Source: Eledone cirrhosa (taxonomy: Eukaryota). From it: DNA of 64,000 nt. Under the pieces are notes generated by a model that was given only the letters and a program-made list of their open reading frames with translations, had not been told where the DNA came from and ran no database searches. Position numbers and translations under genes: made by a program. The number at the start of each line of letters is the position of its first letter. Position 1 is the stretch's first letter. Positions 39,516 to 54,650 of this stretch are shown one piece after another. Location of the stretch: positions 15,004,001 to 15,068,000 of the forward strand of contig OZ024766.1 in NCBI GenBank assembly GCA_964016885.1. The letters run 5' to 3'.

Positions 39516-41841
39516 TGTTGAAAGTCTACGGTGCTGAGACCACAAATCAAGGGAGTAGTCTATGTGAAGAAGTAGAGTGGGTATAGAGGAAGGTAAAAAC
39601 ATACCTGAGACATGAGTGTGTAACCTAGTAGTTAGTGACTTTATAGTTATGTCTAGAGGAACTCAGAGACAGAGGGCAACCTGGAGAAGAAGAATATGGA
39701 AGATAAAGGAGCCCTCAGCCAGTAACAAATTTAGAGATATTTTGTTTGACAGTTTTCACAGTAAAGAAGAAGATATAGAGACTCAGAAGATAGAGGAGGT
39801 GTTGGTGTTATATATATGTATGCTCTGATGGATGAGCAGCATTAGGAAACTGAGGGAATAAGTTGCTATAAGAGAAAGTAGATGTAGTGTGCTAGAGAGA
39901 AGACTACGTTGGTATGGACATGTGATGTGTATGAAAGATAGCAGCTGCATAAAGAAATGGAGAAAAACTGATGTGGTTAGGACCATTGGAAGAGGCAGAC
40001 CCAGGAAGACATGGGATGAGTGTGTGAAGACCTTAAAAGATCTCACAACAGAAATGACAAAGGACCACAAGAGCTGGCACTATGTTATGATAGTGAAGAC
40101 CTGGTCAACAGCATACAGTGGCCTGACCTATCCCCTTATCTTCCCTCTCCCTAGCACACCCGAACAGGTATTTCTCACTACACCACCCCAACTCCTTATC
40201 TGCTGCCCCTTCAAAACCTCTAGAATCCCTCACAGTTCACAATCTAGTAGACACTCCCCTCACTGTTATGTTCTCCATCCATGCCCCCTCCACTAGTACT
40301 CCCTAGCAGCTCCCCTCATCTCCACTAAATACCCTCACTCCATCCATGCCCCCTCCACTAGTACTCCCTAGCAGCTCTCCTCATCTCCACTAAGTACCCC
40401 CACTCCATCCATGCCACCTCCCTCTAGTATTTATCCCTTAGCTTCTGTCTCCCCCACTATAAACCCTTAGAACCCTTCACTATCACACCTTAGTAGCTAC
40501 CATGCCCCCTTCCCTATCCCTCTGCTATTCTCTCCATCACTACACCTCCCCATTTCTGACATTGGTGTTCTCATCTTCATGGAGAAAGACAGGAGACAGG
40601 TGAAGAGGACCCTTCAGTGGTGCCAAAGACAGGACAATGTTCCTAGTGTTGGTGATCTACAAGATAAACACACCCACTACATGCTATACAGTTGGTGCTA
40701 GGAAGGGTATCCAGCCATAGAAAGCTTGCCATACAAAGTGCTGGGAGGACCCTTCACTTGTGTTAAAGACATGAAAACCTCTCCTGTGTACTTGATAGTA
40801 TGTGAGATCATACATAAGAGAGATAACAGACTCCTAACCATCCTGGAAGGTCAGCAGCCATGCATCAGTACTGACTTAGTCTATCTATACCCATCTATCC
40901 CTTACTAGCAAGGTAAGCAGACATTAAAACTATGATGATGATGATAATATATGTATATGTGTGTGTAGTGAAAGAAATGTTTTCCCACAGTCTTCTCTTA
41001 TGGACATGGCCACCAAAAAGTGACTTGTGACCTTGCAGAGAAGACAACAGTTCAATTTTCTGGAGGCTAGGTTTACAGCACCATTCCTACAAAGAAGAAC
41101 ATATTCTGGGGCCATCTGTTATTTATCAAAAATAACTAGCTGTCATTATAAATAGGCTGTCCTGTGGTCCTAACTCAGTCATCTGGCTCTTCATATAAAC
41201 ACAGCTCCTTTGCCAGTTCTTACTACTACCTCAACTGGTACATACTGTCTGACTACAACTTGTCAATTTTTAATCAAACATAGCATATTAAACAAAGATT
41301 CTCCAGTACAACACTATATTCATTTGTAAATATACAACACTATATTCATTTGTAAATACTACAATCAAACATTATATTTATGATATGAGGGTGGGGAATT
41401 GGCAGTATCGGTAGAGGGTTGGACGCCATGCTTTCTAGCATAGTTACGACCCTTTACAGTCTCAGTTCAAATCCCACCGAGGTTAACTTTGCTTTTCATC
41501 CTTACGGGGGTCGATAAAATAAAGTACCAGTAATGTACTGGGAAATTGCTGGCCTTGTGCCTAAAGTAGAAACAATTATATTTATGATTTGAAGTAATCA
41601 GATTTTTTTACCTTTTTGCTGAAGTGAAGTAAAATTATATCTAACCAGAATTATTGTTATTTGTCTTGTTTATCATCCTCTTTCATAACAACCACTAACT
41701 TCCCTTCATGTCTACACACAGCCACATGTCTAATTCTCTTAATTTAAAATGTTTAAAAGTGAGTTGGCTGCTATTTCTAGCACATCGAGTAACAAGTTAA
41801 GAGACTGCTTCGTTGATATGTAATAATTATTTTATTGGTGA

Positions 41842-42009
<168 letters not shown>

Positions 42010-43435
42010 TGATGCACATGAAGGATGACATCTGTATAAAAAGGTACAGGGAACTCGAGGCTGTAGGGTGCCTCAAAAGAGGAAGACCTAGGCAGAAGTA
42101 GGATGTAATGACAAAAGGCCAACCTGGCTCAGCTGAACCCTCTCAATGGAGATGACACAGGACTGAGATATCTGGTACTACAACATACAACAAAGGACCA
42201 GAGTGAACCTCACAAGGTGCAAGGCATGGTGCAGCCAATTGGCCTGACATCCCTCATAATGGGACCTCTCAGCTCCCAAATTACGGTTCCCCTGTGAACA
42301 GGGTACAGCAAGGCCAGCTGGCCAGACATTCCCCAAAACAGTGCCACCCAGTTCCACACTGTAAAAGTGGTTGGTACTAGGAAGGGCATCCAACAACTGT
42401 AAAGACACAGCCACTACATAGTCAAAGCATGAGAGAACTGAGAGAGAAACTAGACATAAGAGGGATCAGATGTAGTGTGCAGGAGAGGAGATTGTAGTGG
42501 TATGGGGTGTGTATGGAGGGTGACCGCTGTATAAATATATTTAGGGCTCTCAAAGTTGATGGTAGCTCTGGAAGACTTCGAAGGAAGTGATAAAAGCTGA
42601 CCTCACACAAATTCTCAAAGGAGACGACACAGTATTGAGATCTCTGGATCATGCTGTACTTCAGAAGACCTGCCCCACCTCCCATGTAAAATGATATGAA
42701 ACAAACATGTAGAGTACACACTAATCTGCACCAATCTTCTCCCTACACCTCACCATTCACCCAGTCCACACTGTAATGTGGTTGGCATTAGGAAGGGCAT
42801 CCAGCTGTAGAAACCAAACCAAAATACAGATCCATGTGAACAAGACATGTTCACATGACCTGACATGTTTCATAACATGACACCTTGTCTAACATATCAA
42901 GTGTGAAATAACAGACGTTAAATGATGATGATTATGATGATGATATACACATATATATATATTTGTATGTATATATATGTGTGTGTGTATACAGAAATAA
43001 TATATACACTACTTAATTATATATATATATACAACATATCAAAATAAATCAAATAAATTTAACAAACGACTGAATTTACCAAAATAGAATATTTTATTTA
43101 TTTATAATTTGGTGATAAACAAATATTTGGTAAAAGTAATTCTTCTTTTTCACGCTTTCTTTCCATCCTTTTTCCACACACACACACACATTATATATGT
43201 ATATATATACACACACACACAAGGGTATAAAGTGGTGGTGTAAAGTGATAGAGTTGCTGCCACAATAAAATACACCTTGTTCACTCTGTAAAGTAGTCAT
43301 GAGGGTTCCACAATAAAATGCACCCTGTCCACTCTGTAAAGTGGTTGTCATTGAAAACATCATCCAGCAATGTCTGGTCTTGTTCCATGACAACACAACC
43401 CATCCAGTTAATGCTAGAATGGAACACAGATATAA

Positions 43436-43466
<31 letters not shown>

Positions 43467-43467
43467 A

Positions 43468-43673
43468 CTAGTTTTTCTCTGAATCTAGACAACCAAGAGC
43501 CTCAAAACAATCTGCTGTCTTTAGAGCCTCTTTCAGAGTGGCTATGGTGCATTCTTCTGGCTCACATTTTTCACCCCATCTGCGTAACATATGAAAAGCC
43601 TGTTTCACAACACTCTTAGGATTGTCATGCTCTATTTTGTCAAGTTCAATAGATGGAACCTCTAATTGAATAC
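43468..43673 (-). CDS. Terminal exon of RING-ankyrin-Death gene: Death domain C-terminal part
   Basis: ttttacag acceptor, phase 1; GIQLEVPSIELDKIEHDNPKSVVKQAFHMLRRWGEKCEPEECTIATLKEALKTADCFEALGCLDSEKN*. Confidence 0.85.
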
Positions 43674-44029
43674 CTGTAAAATATAAAACAATAAGAAACC
43701 AATACTACAACAACAATAACAACATTAAACAGATTAGTTATATAAAATATGTATACCACAGGTTGTTGTAAATAACAAAGTAACTAGCTGTAGAGTAATA
43801 GAAATAATTAACATAAAAATTCTAAAATATTGTTCTATGTTTCCAAGGTTACCGACAAAAATAAAGAAGTTGAAGTGAGGAGAAGAAAGAAGAACAAGAT
43901 TAAAGAAAATAGACTTGAGAAAATTATGGCAAAGAAATGGCAGAAGTTTTTGTATTGTCAGAACTGGTGAAATAGTCAGGGTTCTGCCTAAAATCTACCA
44001 AGACATAAATGACAAGTGACAAATATTTC

Positions 44030-45365
44030 CTCATCATCATCATCATCATTTTACATCCTCTTTTCACTGCTTGCAAGGGTGGGATGGGTCCTATTCATCA
44101 TCTCTCCATTTGACATGGTCCTTTGTCATCTACTCTGTGAGCTTCAGCGATCTGAGGTCTGCTCTCACCACCTCTCCCCATATTTTTTGTGGTCTTCATC
44201 TACTGCGTCTTCCTTCCACTGGGATTTCTTGGCACTTCATTACTCAGCAGTCACCCGCCATGCATATCACACATCCATACCAACGCAGTCTTCTCTCCTC
44301 CACGCTACATCTTATCCCTCTTATACACAGTTTTTCTCTCAACTCGTCTATGCTGGGTCATTCACACACATTGACATTGCACATCCAACGGAGCATGCTT
44401 GCTTCATTTCTCTCCGGCCGTCACATTTCCTCTGCAGTTGCTGCCCATTTCTCACTACCATGCAGCATCACACATCTCACACAGCCATCATATAACCGGC
44501 CTTTCGTCTGTAGGGAGAAACCCTTCATTGTCAGCAGAGGAAGCAGCTCCCTAAACTTCTTCCAACTCGTCCTTATTCTAGATACTACGGCCTCGGAACA
44601 CCCTCCTCCCTTACTAATCTGATCACCTAGGTATCAGAAGCTATCAACTACCTCTATAGATCCTACCTGCATTTGAAAAATGTGTCTATCACTGCAATCT
44701 CTGTCAAATTTCCCTGTACATCTACTGCATACGTATTTCTCCCTACCTGTCAGTTTTCCTGCTATCCCACTACATCCCTTGTGTACCCAAGATCTGCATT
44801 GCGTACATTTTATAGAATTTATGCCAACTCCTTTTCTACATATCGAACATGGCGATATCCCTGACAGAATCAGAGTTTGGTCCTCTCTTCTACTTATAAA
44901 CACTTTTGTCTTAGCTAGGTTCCCTCTCAGTCTTCTTGATTCCAACTACTGTTTCCATAGCCAGAATTTATTCTCTAGCTCCTCTACTGATTCTGCTATA
45001 AGAACCAGATCATCAGCATAGAGAAGTTCCCATGGACAGCAAGTCTTAAACTCCTCTGTTATGGCTTGGAGGACTATAATGAACAAGAGCGGACTGAGGA
45101 CCGAACCCTGATGTACACCTACACATATCTGGAATTCCTTACTAAACTCCATTCCTACTCTCACTTTACTGACAGCACCCCTGTACATAACTTGGACTGT
45201 CCTCACAAGCCATTCCCCTACACCTAGTTTCCTTAAGGACCACCAGATGACAGATCGGGGTTCTCTATCAAAGGCCTTCTCTAGGTCAACAAAAGCTAAG
45301 TATAGTGGCTTATTCTTCTCTAAGAACCTGTCTTGTAGTTGTCTCACTAAGCAGAGGGCATCCTT
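44030..45365 (-). mobile_element. RTE-PHD LINE (family C), intronic, decayed
   Basis: RT motifs; CSICRKGVGINSIKCTQCRSWVHKGC...CSRC; (TGA)n tail. Confidence 0.88.
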
Positions 45366-45999
45366 GCTGCTAAATTTAATGGACATGTTGAGTAGCACGA
45401 AGATGACTCTTTTGGAGTACATGATGGCTAGAGGTATGGCTTGAGGGATCAAGACTCCTACAGTTCTGTGGTGTAAATGACTTCAAGATATCAGCCAGTC
45501 ATTTGATCAGGTAGACATACAAGCTAGATTAACTTTATTCTCATCAGAAAACAAATAGACAGATGGTTGTGAATATTAAATCTGTTTCCAGAGAAGGAAG
45601 CGTTTGGTAGAGAGTGTGGACAAAGGAAGACCATAACCTTAACAATAAGACTACACCATCTCATAAGACAAAGATGACTGAAGAACGAAAGAGTAACAAT
45701 CTCTAGGAATAATGTAGGGTGGTCACACCTGGAACACCCTCCATTATAAATCTGCAGATCATGGCAGAACCGAGACTAAATAACAATAACAACCTATCTG
45801 TAGATTGAATGTTTCAATAAAAACAAACAAAAACATTCCCATTAACTCACATGTTTACCCCAATACACCAACAGATTTTTATTCCCTGTTTTAGAAGACA
45901 ATATTAGTTATATTGTGTCTTCTAATTTATTCATTTTTACCAATTCAGTTAAAAGTAAACTTTATAGAAATCAACAAGATACTGTAATCTTATACTCAC

Positions 46000-46071
46000 C
46001 AACTGCATACCAATTTTCCACTAACAGTCCTGCTACCTTCCACAGGACTTTCTCATTCGGCTTTTGAGACC
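46000..46071 (-). CDS. Death domain N-terminal exon
   Basis: 72 bp, phase 1-1, ttttcag acceptor and gtgagt donor; SQKPNEKVLWKVAGLLVENWYAV. Confidence 0.82.
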
Positions 46072-47028
46072 CTGAAAAAATATTTCCAAGTTTTTTCATT
46101 TTACTGTAAAGATTTTCTATTCCTGTTTATAATCTATATTTTATATTTTCAGACATTCCTATAATCAGAAGTCAACTAGTGATCACAATGGCTTTAGTCA
46201 ATATTTTCTCTTCTTGTTATATCAGGTTATCTGAGTATTTAGACCCACAACAAAATATATTAAACTTTATAAATATTTTCTATCTATAAAAACATCTTAT
46301 ATATTCTAACAATGTTGTAATTATCACATTCCACTATCAGCTGATTATACATTTGTTTTTCTCATAGCTTTGTCTTTCACTTATGCCAAATCTACAATAT
46401 AGCAACACTGTCCTCTCCTCTCTGTATTTTACTAATAAATATTCTGTTTATTTTCTTCTTAATTCTAATATCAGCCAAGTTGGTTATCAAAGACCTAACA
46501 ACAAATTCATGATAGCCGACATGAAATAGGAGTAGATACACCTGCTTTCCTTGAGAAAGGTTGATGTTGGCAATCTTTAGTGTAAACTGACCACATCTGT
46601 GTTCACCAGAATGTCATCTGATTCATGTAATATTTACAAATATTTACATGTCATGTGTCCTCCATAATGATACAGGATCTTATCGGTGAGCACTGATTAT
46701 TCTATACAGGTGAGAAGGAAAGTGATAACAGGTGTCCTAAAACACTGTACACTTACACAAATCCTCATTAGCTCCCTTTAACAAGTCATCTCTACATTAA
46801 TGCAGTGAAAATATCTGAAAAGGATCCATGAAATGACCCCAACATTATAAATTATCTCCTACAGACCCCTTATATAAATAAATCATAGTTTCTCAAATCT
46901 TTGCTGACCTCTCCATCAATACAATGGACATCAGTAGCTGGAGAAGCCAACTACCTGAAAATTTGAGGAAGTAGAAGTTACACCTGTCTTTTAGACATCT
47001 GTCAGTTCTAACAATGAGTGTTCCAATT

Positions 47029-49025
47029 GTTTGAATAACAGAACAGTTTACTCATGTAATTAAGGTGCAAATGGCTGAGTATTCCATAGACATGTACACC
47101 CATAGCGTAATTCTCAGGGAGATTCAGTATGGCACAGTGCGTGACAAAGCTGGTCCTTTTAATTACAGGTACAGTCCATCTTGTATTATAGTGAGAGTGA
47201 CTGAGTATTCCACAGACATATGTTCTCTTAACGTGATTCTTAGGGAGATTCAGTGATATGTTGTATGTGATATAGCTGGCCCATTGAATTACAGTAACAA
47301 TAACGGTCACCATTATTATAATTCTCAGGGAGATTCAGCATAACAAAGTATGAAACAAAGCTGGTCTTTTGAATTACAAATACAACTCATTTTCCCATCT
47401 AAGTAGACTGAAGTAACATGAAATAAACTGTCTTGCTCAAAGATACAATATGTTCCTGGGAATTGAACTCAGAACCTTATGATCATGAGACAAACACACT
47501 AACCACTAAGTCATGAATGGAAATATACAGACAGATTATCAAATAATTACTTACTAGATCCATCCATGGATTTATTGGTGGCTTTATTAACCTTACATAG
47601 GTGACATACAGATCTGTAAAAGGAAATAAAGATACAACTCACCAACATTAATTTACACCAAATATTACATTGTATACAAGTTTACAGAGATTATGTGTGA
47701 AGGGCACAACAACCTCTCTAGTATTGGTGACATGATAAAATACAACCAGTACACTCTGTAATGTGGTTGCTAATAGGAAGGGCTTCCTGTCATACAAAAC
47801 TTTCCAAACAAAGGATAGAGAGGATTCTGTAGTGGTTTCAAAGACATGACAACATCCCTAGTGCTGGTGCCATGATTAAATCAGCAGTGCCTTTCATGAT
47901 GATGCTGATGATGATTTATAATAAAAGGTGGGATTTGAACTCAGAACGTTCAGGGCCATAACTCTATGCTGCAAAGCATGGTGTGTGACGCTCTACTGAT
48001 ACTGCCAATCCATAATCAATAATAATAATGAAAATTATTGTGTACAATGCTCAGGTGCAATACAACTCATCAAAGGTTCATGTATTGTACATAGAGTAAT
48101 GTAGAAATATCAGGAAAGTGAACAGTGATTGAGTCATGATATACACACACATGCGTGCATGTATGGAGGTGAGGATATCAGGTGTAGTGTTGGAGAATTT
48201 CAGGAAGGATGGAGGTGTTAAAGGATGCAGTGTCCTGACAGCTAACAACTGATGCAGGTAGTTGGTTCCATGCTTCAGTAACTCTGAGCATGAAAAGATG
48301 TTTCTGAAAGTCATGGGGTCTGTACTGTTTTCCTGCTATTTCTTGGCTTAAAGCAGAAATCAGTTGTCAAACTTCCACAACTTCTGTATTGAGGGTCTAT
48401 TTTTTGTTGTTGTTATTGATGTTCTTCAACAAGAATGGTAGGGGAAGACATGGTAGTTGGTTTGTGTTGTTGTTCAACAGCAATGGTATAGGAAGATATA
48501 CAGGCCAGGGACTGAAAGGACCAATTTGGTAGCTGCACCTTTTCCTAGAGTCCATCCATCATCGAAATATGGTGTCTCTTTTTTTGACCTGGGATCTTTG
48601 GAAAGTTTATGGCACATTGAAGACAGAGAGAAACATGACATTTACCACATTGAATCTATTTTGGAAATAGTTCTTGGGTTCGGTACATAGATGACAGACG
48701 TGATTTTCCTGGCAATCTTCTATTTTGGGACAGTGAACAGTTTTATTACACACCTCTCATCTATGGATGTCACCATAGCAATTATGTTCTGTCTGTCCAT
48801 CCATACAATACAACAATAGGTAAACAAATAGATATGTCTAAGTATAACACACTTGTTAAGGAGATAAATAAAATATATTTTCTTTCTGTTTTCCCATTCT
48901 ACGTGTGTGTGTATATAAAAAGATCTACAGATGTATATATAATTAAGAGATGTATATAGGCTAGAAATGTAGTCTATGTCCAGAGTTTATAATGTAGGTA
49001 CGATAGTTACTATAGTTTCTCACAC
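47029..49025. repeat. Intragenic segmental duplication, copy 1 (copy 2 at 58264-60183)
   Basis: About 1.6 kb of direct, highly similar sequence including a RING exon and its upstream intron. Confidence 0.92.
47555..47613 (-). CDS. RING-remnant exon (in-frame deletion)
   Basis: 59 bp, phase 2-1, tttacag acceptor and gtaagt donor; SVCHLCKVNKATNKSMDGS; paralog of 58426-58784. Confidence 0.72.
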
Positions 49026-49582
49026 ATGAAATAGTAGGATATGTTGTTGTTTAGAGAATTTGGGATGTACATGCAGTGATCCCTATAGTGATTCATACGA
49101 GACAGGGATTTATTTTCATTCATGATGTCTACACCTTGTTTGTTGGTCACCTTCAATTTACTTTGTTAAATGATGTTATATTAAAAATAGTTCTACTAGC
49201 CAGGCAATAGTGAAGATATTTGCCATAATAAATATTGTAATCCATGTGAAATGTGGTAAAAGGGTAGTTTGCAGTGATAGAATTATGTTTAGATAGGAGA
49301 GCCGAGATCATACATCTTTACATTGATCTTGTGTTATTCATTTGAAGTTGTCAGCATTTTACAGAGTGTACTGGGTGTATTTTATTGTGAAAACAGCTCC
49401 ACCACAATTAACAATAATAATAATGATGATTACATCAGTAAGTATATTTATTAAGTTACATTATTAAAAAGACAACTTAACGATGACCCATGGAGGGATT
49501 TTGACATTAATGACTGAATAAAAAACAAACATTATTGAGTAAAAGAAACAAATGTTGATATTCCAGATCATTGTTAACTTAC

Positions 49583-50136
49583 TGTTCAACTGTTTCTCCT
49601 ACAGCTCTGTCACCTTCGTTAGGAACAGGGCTGACATGTGACAACAACTCCACTATTTCAGAGTGATCTCTATCGTTGGCCAGTTGTAGAGCTGAATGAC
49701 CACACTTATTCTTCACATTCACATCTATTGTCGACATTTCTAACAATATTTTCACACACTCTATTGCTTCCATCCCACTTCTACAGGCCCGATGTAGTGG
49801 GGTTTCACCATCAACATTCACAACATTCACATCTATTGTCGACTGTGACAACAACATTTTCACAGCCTCTATCTCTCTCTCACTACAGGCCAGATGTAGT
49901 GGGGTGTTATCATTATCATTCACAACATTCACATCCACTGTTGACAGTGACAATAGCATTTTCACAGCCCCTATCTCTCCCCCACCACTACAGGCCCAGT
50001 GTAGTGGGGTGTCACCGTCACAATCCACAACATTCATATCAGCTCCACAATCTACCAACATTGTCAATATGTCTAAATTCCCGAGATATGCAGCAATATG
50101 TAAAGGTGCTCGATTAAGTTTATTTTGTTGATTGAT
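49583..50136 (-). CDS. Ankyrin-repeat exon (5 repeats)
   Basis: Phase 0-2, ttttcag acceptor and gtaagt donor; APLHIAA, TPLHWAC, TPLHLAC, TPLHRAC, SALQLA. Confidence 0.92.
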
Positions 50137-50489
50137 CTGAAAATGTAAAAATATATTTATATATGGTGGGTGTGAGAGTGAAGGGGAGAGTGTGTAGTAA
50201 GAGAGAGAGAGGGGGAGTGGAGGTATGGGGAGAGAATTATAAACAGACACACACATACACATATTATAAACAGACACACTTAGAAAGCATATTACATACA
50301 TACACGATAGGGGACTGTGATAAAGTATAGAAAACAGTGGACAGTGTTTGCTACACCTGTCTTACTCATACATATAAATGTATACACACATACATATATG
50401 TTTGTGTATGTAATAATTATTTGCTCTAATGAGTCTGTTTATATATGTGTAGATGTGTGTGTATGTAATAATTCATTCAAATATGGAAA

Positions 50490-50880
50490 TGAAGCTTTCA
50501 TACCATGAGTTGACCTGCATCTGAGTGAAACAGACCTACCCTTCAATATGAGCAGACAGCAGTTCCCTGTGATACCAGTTTTTGCCATCACCATAAACAT
50601 ATCACAAGGACTGAGCTTCAAAATGTTGGTATTTACTTGCCAGCTCCCGTATTTAGTCAGACCCAGCTTTATGTGGCTTTAAGTTGTACAAGAAGGAAGG
50701 AAAACTTTAAAATTCTTTTGAAGGAAACAAGCAGCCAGGGCATGTTTGTTGCAGAAAGATTTTTCACGAAAAAATTTTGTAATAGAAGAATTATTAAACT
50801 AAAAACTTGGTCTTGTACACTTTTTATATGTAAAATACTACAATTAGCCATCATTTTTGACGGCACGGGGCCAGCAAGTA
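50490..50880 (+). mobile_element. Helitron 3' remnant (PIF1-like helicase C-terminus)
   Basis: RQQFPVIPVFAITINISQG...VFSQTQLYVALS; degenerate GC hairpin near 50862-50875. Confidence 0.7.
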
Positions 50881-50899
50881 TATATATATATATATTTAT

Positions 50900-51313
50900 A
50901 TATATATAAATGAAAATATCTGTCTGTATGCAGTCTATGCATTTCCATCAAATTTTGTTCAAATTTGATACATAGGCTATTTAGCTCCCAGATCATGTCA
51001 ACATATAGTTTAAATCCTGCTGTCCCCTAAAATAGCAGCAGAGTTCTGGGGTTATTTAAAGACAGTCTTTCATGACATTGGTGAAGTTGGAGAGAGCCGT
51101 GGTAGCAGTAAGAGTAGAGACAACAGTGACAGTAGGAGTAAGGTGTGTGACATCATAAGATAGACGCTACAGAAGAGTAATAGCATACAGTTGAGAAGGG
51201 AGATAATCAATTGGACAAACTTGGTGGTATTTCGTTTTGAAAGAACATTTTTTGAGAGAGAGAGAGAGAACATGAGAGAGAGAGAGATAGAGAGAGAGAG
51301 CGAGAGAGTAGAG

Positions 51314-51362
<49 letters not shown>

Positions 51363-53050
51363 ATGCGTGAGAGACATATAATTATAGAGATTTGCCAAAA
51401 CACAAAATACCAATATTACTATATCTCTAAATTATATTTTGTATAGATCCAATAGAATTGCTCTCAGAAACAGACCATCAACAAATTCATTGTTCACAAC
51501 TCCTGGAGCTGCTTTAAGATATCATCCATCCCATTTGACTAAAAATCATAATTCTGTCCAAATTGGTGTGCTCAGGCGGTAAAGTAAGATTACCAGCACT
51601 ACCAGCTACTCCTCAACATCTTATGGATATTCTGGAAGGCACTCCCATCCAGTCAAAGGATTTTCTAAACAATATTAGATTCTGCATTTCAAATGACATC
51701 ATTTGGAAAGGGGGAGAGATGTTGAATGTTGGCCTGGAATTAAGAGAGATGATGCACTTAGACGGGTCTATATTCATTTCATGTTAAAACTCCCTCTAAA
51801 AGTTGTAAAAGAATCTGAAACATTCAACATTTCCAAAGGCTCAGCATTGGCAACAGCTCTCCAAAGAACTTGCTTCATTGTTTGGGATGAGTGCACTATG
51901 TCACATCGTGGAGTTCTAGATGTACTTGACCATACCCTCCAAAACATAAAAAACAATAGCATGCTCATGGGAGGAGTAACAGTTCTTTTTGCAGGAGATT
52001 TCTGTCAAATGTTGCCAGTTATATCCAAAGGAACACAAGCTGATGAGGTCAATGCATGCTTTAAAAAATCATACCTTTGGAGACATGTGAAAAAACTTCA
52101 CCTTACAAACAACATGAGAGTACATCTACAAGATGATCATACAGCTGGTGAATTGTGAGAGGAGCTTCTTAAGATTGGTAATGAGATATTAACATTCAGC
52201 TACATGGAATTACATGTGATCGAATGGTACTTTCTCTTAATGATCTTATGGATAAAGTATTTCCTAATTTATCTGTCAATTACACTGATATAAACTGGCT
52301 ATATGAAAAAGTTATACTGGCTCCAACTAATGAAATGATTGATAAACTCAATCATGAACTTCTTCAAAAGTTAACACATACATCAAAAATGATTTTGCAA
52401 TCAACTCACACATCAGTCAATCAAGTTCAGGCTGTTCAATACCCTGTTGAATTTCTGAACACACTTAAACCCACTGGGATGCCACAGCATAACTTGACAC
52501 TAAAGCTGGGTGCTCCCATTATGTTGCTTAGGAATCTTTACCTACCTAGCCTGTGTAATGAAACTCACTTAATTGTTACTTACCATGAAGCCCCATGTCC
52601 TAGAGGCAACAATCATAACAGGTAGTCACAAAGGAGAAAATGTTTTTATTCTAAGAATTCCTCTCATACCTACAGCTGTTCCATTTGAATTTAAAAAACT
52701 TCAGTGTCCAGTCAAACTAACTTTTGTTATCTCAATTAACAAATCTCAGGGTCAATCCCTCAAGGTAGTTGGACTTGATCTCTCTACTACATGTTTCAAC
52801 CATGGCCAACTCTATGTTGGTTGCTCGAGAGTTGAAAGCAACAACAATTTATTCATTTGGACGCCAACAAAAAATTACACAATGAATATTGTTTACCCTG
52901 AGGTGCTTCAAGATTGACAGATTTTCATTTCTAAATTCTTTTACCCTTAATATTTTGATATTTTAAATAAAATATAGGTGTTTTGAAATAATTATGAGAA
53001 AAAAAAATCTGCATATTTATTGTTCACTAATCAGCAGTAACCTGGTAGAT
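50900..53050 (+). mobile_element. Decayed Helitron with RepHel fragments
   Basis: CSGGKVRLP..FLNNIR (N-terminal), IVWDECTM, FAGDFCQMLPV, ILAPTN, SINKSQGQSL, HGQLYVGCSRV; stops and frameshifts; ends approximate. Confidence 0.82.
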
Positions 53051-53663
53051 AGATATACAGATAAATAGAGTGATAGTGAGACATAGGTAGCTAGACAGAC
53101 AGATAGATATATAGATTGCCATAGATAGGTGGATATTATAGATAAATAGAGTGATAGTGAGACATAGGTAGCTAGACAGACAGATAGATATATAGATTGC
53201 CATGGATAGGTAGGTGGATATTATAGATAAATTGATACATAGATTGATAAATATACAATGATTTGGAAACATTTTCAGTATTTATCAATAGTGATGGTCA
53301 TCATCATCATCATCATCATTTTACGTCCACTTTTCCCTGCTTGCAAGGGTGGGACAGGAACTGATTCTGGCTTGATTTCTACAGCTGGATGCCCTTCCTA
53401 ATACCAACCTCATTTACAGTGAGTGCTGGGTGCTTTTTTGCCATGGCACCTCCACGACCACTTTACAGTGTGGGCTGGGTGCTTTTTTGCCATGGCACCT
53501 CCACGACCACTTTACAGTGGAATGATAGGGACCCCAGTCCTTTCATCTCATTTCTACAGCTGAGTAAACTGGAGCAATGTGAAATAAAGTGTCTTGCTCA
53601 AGGAAACATTGAACAATAATCAATAGAATCAGACAAATCTACAGAGTATATATGTTGACCCAC

Positions 53664-53811
53664 CTTAATAGCAGGTGTGTTAATTAACAACTGTGCAATA
53701 GCTGTACACCTGTTCTCAATGGCTGTGTAGAGGAGAGTGTCCCCTTCTTTATTCTGACTATTTACATCCCCTCCAGAGGACAGCAAGGATTTCACCTCTT
53801 CATAGTTTTTT
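53664..53811 (-). CDS. Ankyrin-repeat exon
   Basis: 148 bp, phase 2-0; KNYEEVKSLLSSGGDVNSQNKEGDTLLYTAIENRCTAIAQLLINTPAIK. Confidence 0.88.
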
Positions 53812-54099
53812 CTGAAAGTAGTAGAAATAAATACAAATACACATATATGAAGGCACATGGTTTAGTGGTTAGTGTGTTCTACTGAAGATCATAAGGTTGT
53901 GAGTTTGATTCCTGGGGATGGCTTGTGTCCTTGAGCAAGACACTTTATTACATGATGATCCAGTCTAATCAGCTAGCAAAACTGAGTTGTACCAGTAATA
54001 CAAAGGGTCAGCCTTGTTAATCTGCTTATCCTTGAGAACTACAATAAAGGTACACATCCATGTCTGTAAAGTGGTTGGTGATAGGAAGGGCATCCAGAC

Positions 54100-54545
54100 C
54101 AGGATACTGGAATAGTCTAGCACCCTCATCTAGGAGAATAAACTAATACATTAGTAAGGCCTAGTGATGGTGAGGCTGAGATGCTGAAAAAGCCAAGCAC
54201 CTTCACCGAGGAGCATCAAGTGATACATCAGTAAAGCATGGTGATGGTGAAACTAAGATACTGCAATAGCCAAGTACCCTCACCTATGAGTATCAACTGA
54301 TATTTCAATAAAGCCTGGTGATGGTGAGGCTGAGATACTGGAATAGCCAAGCACTTTTACATAAGAGCACCATGAGATACATCAGTAAAGCCAGGTGATG
54401 GTGAGACTGAGATACTGGAATAACCAAGCTCTCTCACCAGCGAGTATCAACTGGTATGACCGTAAGACCTGGTGATGGTGAGGCTGAGATGCTGGAATAG
54501 CCAAGCAGCCTCACCACCAGGAACATCACCTGATACATTGGTAAG
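54100..54545. repeat. About 77-bp degenerate tandem repeat, 5-6 copies
   Basis: ggtgatggtgaggctgagatactggaatagccaag recurring. Confidence 0.85.
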
Positions 54546-54650
54546 TGAAGCCACCAACAAGAACAAGAGCCTCATTGTCAATGGCTACCAACTCCCCCAT
54601 GAAAGTATGAAATGAATCAAACAGAATAGAGATAATTGTTGTAAACTTAC

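Noticed and set aside
45672-45705. CTGAAGA-ac-GAAA hammerhead-like core
   Set aside because: No stem I or stem III pairing; likely chance.
51703-52917. Host PIF1 helicase gene
   Set aside because: Intronless, frameshifted, and joined to Helitron N-terminal motifs inside another gene's intron.
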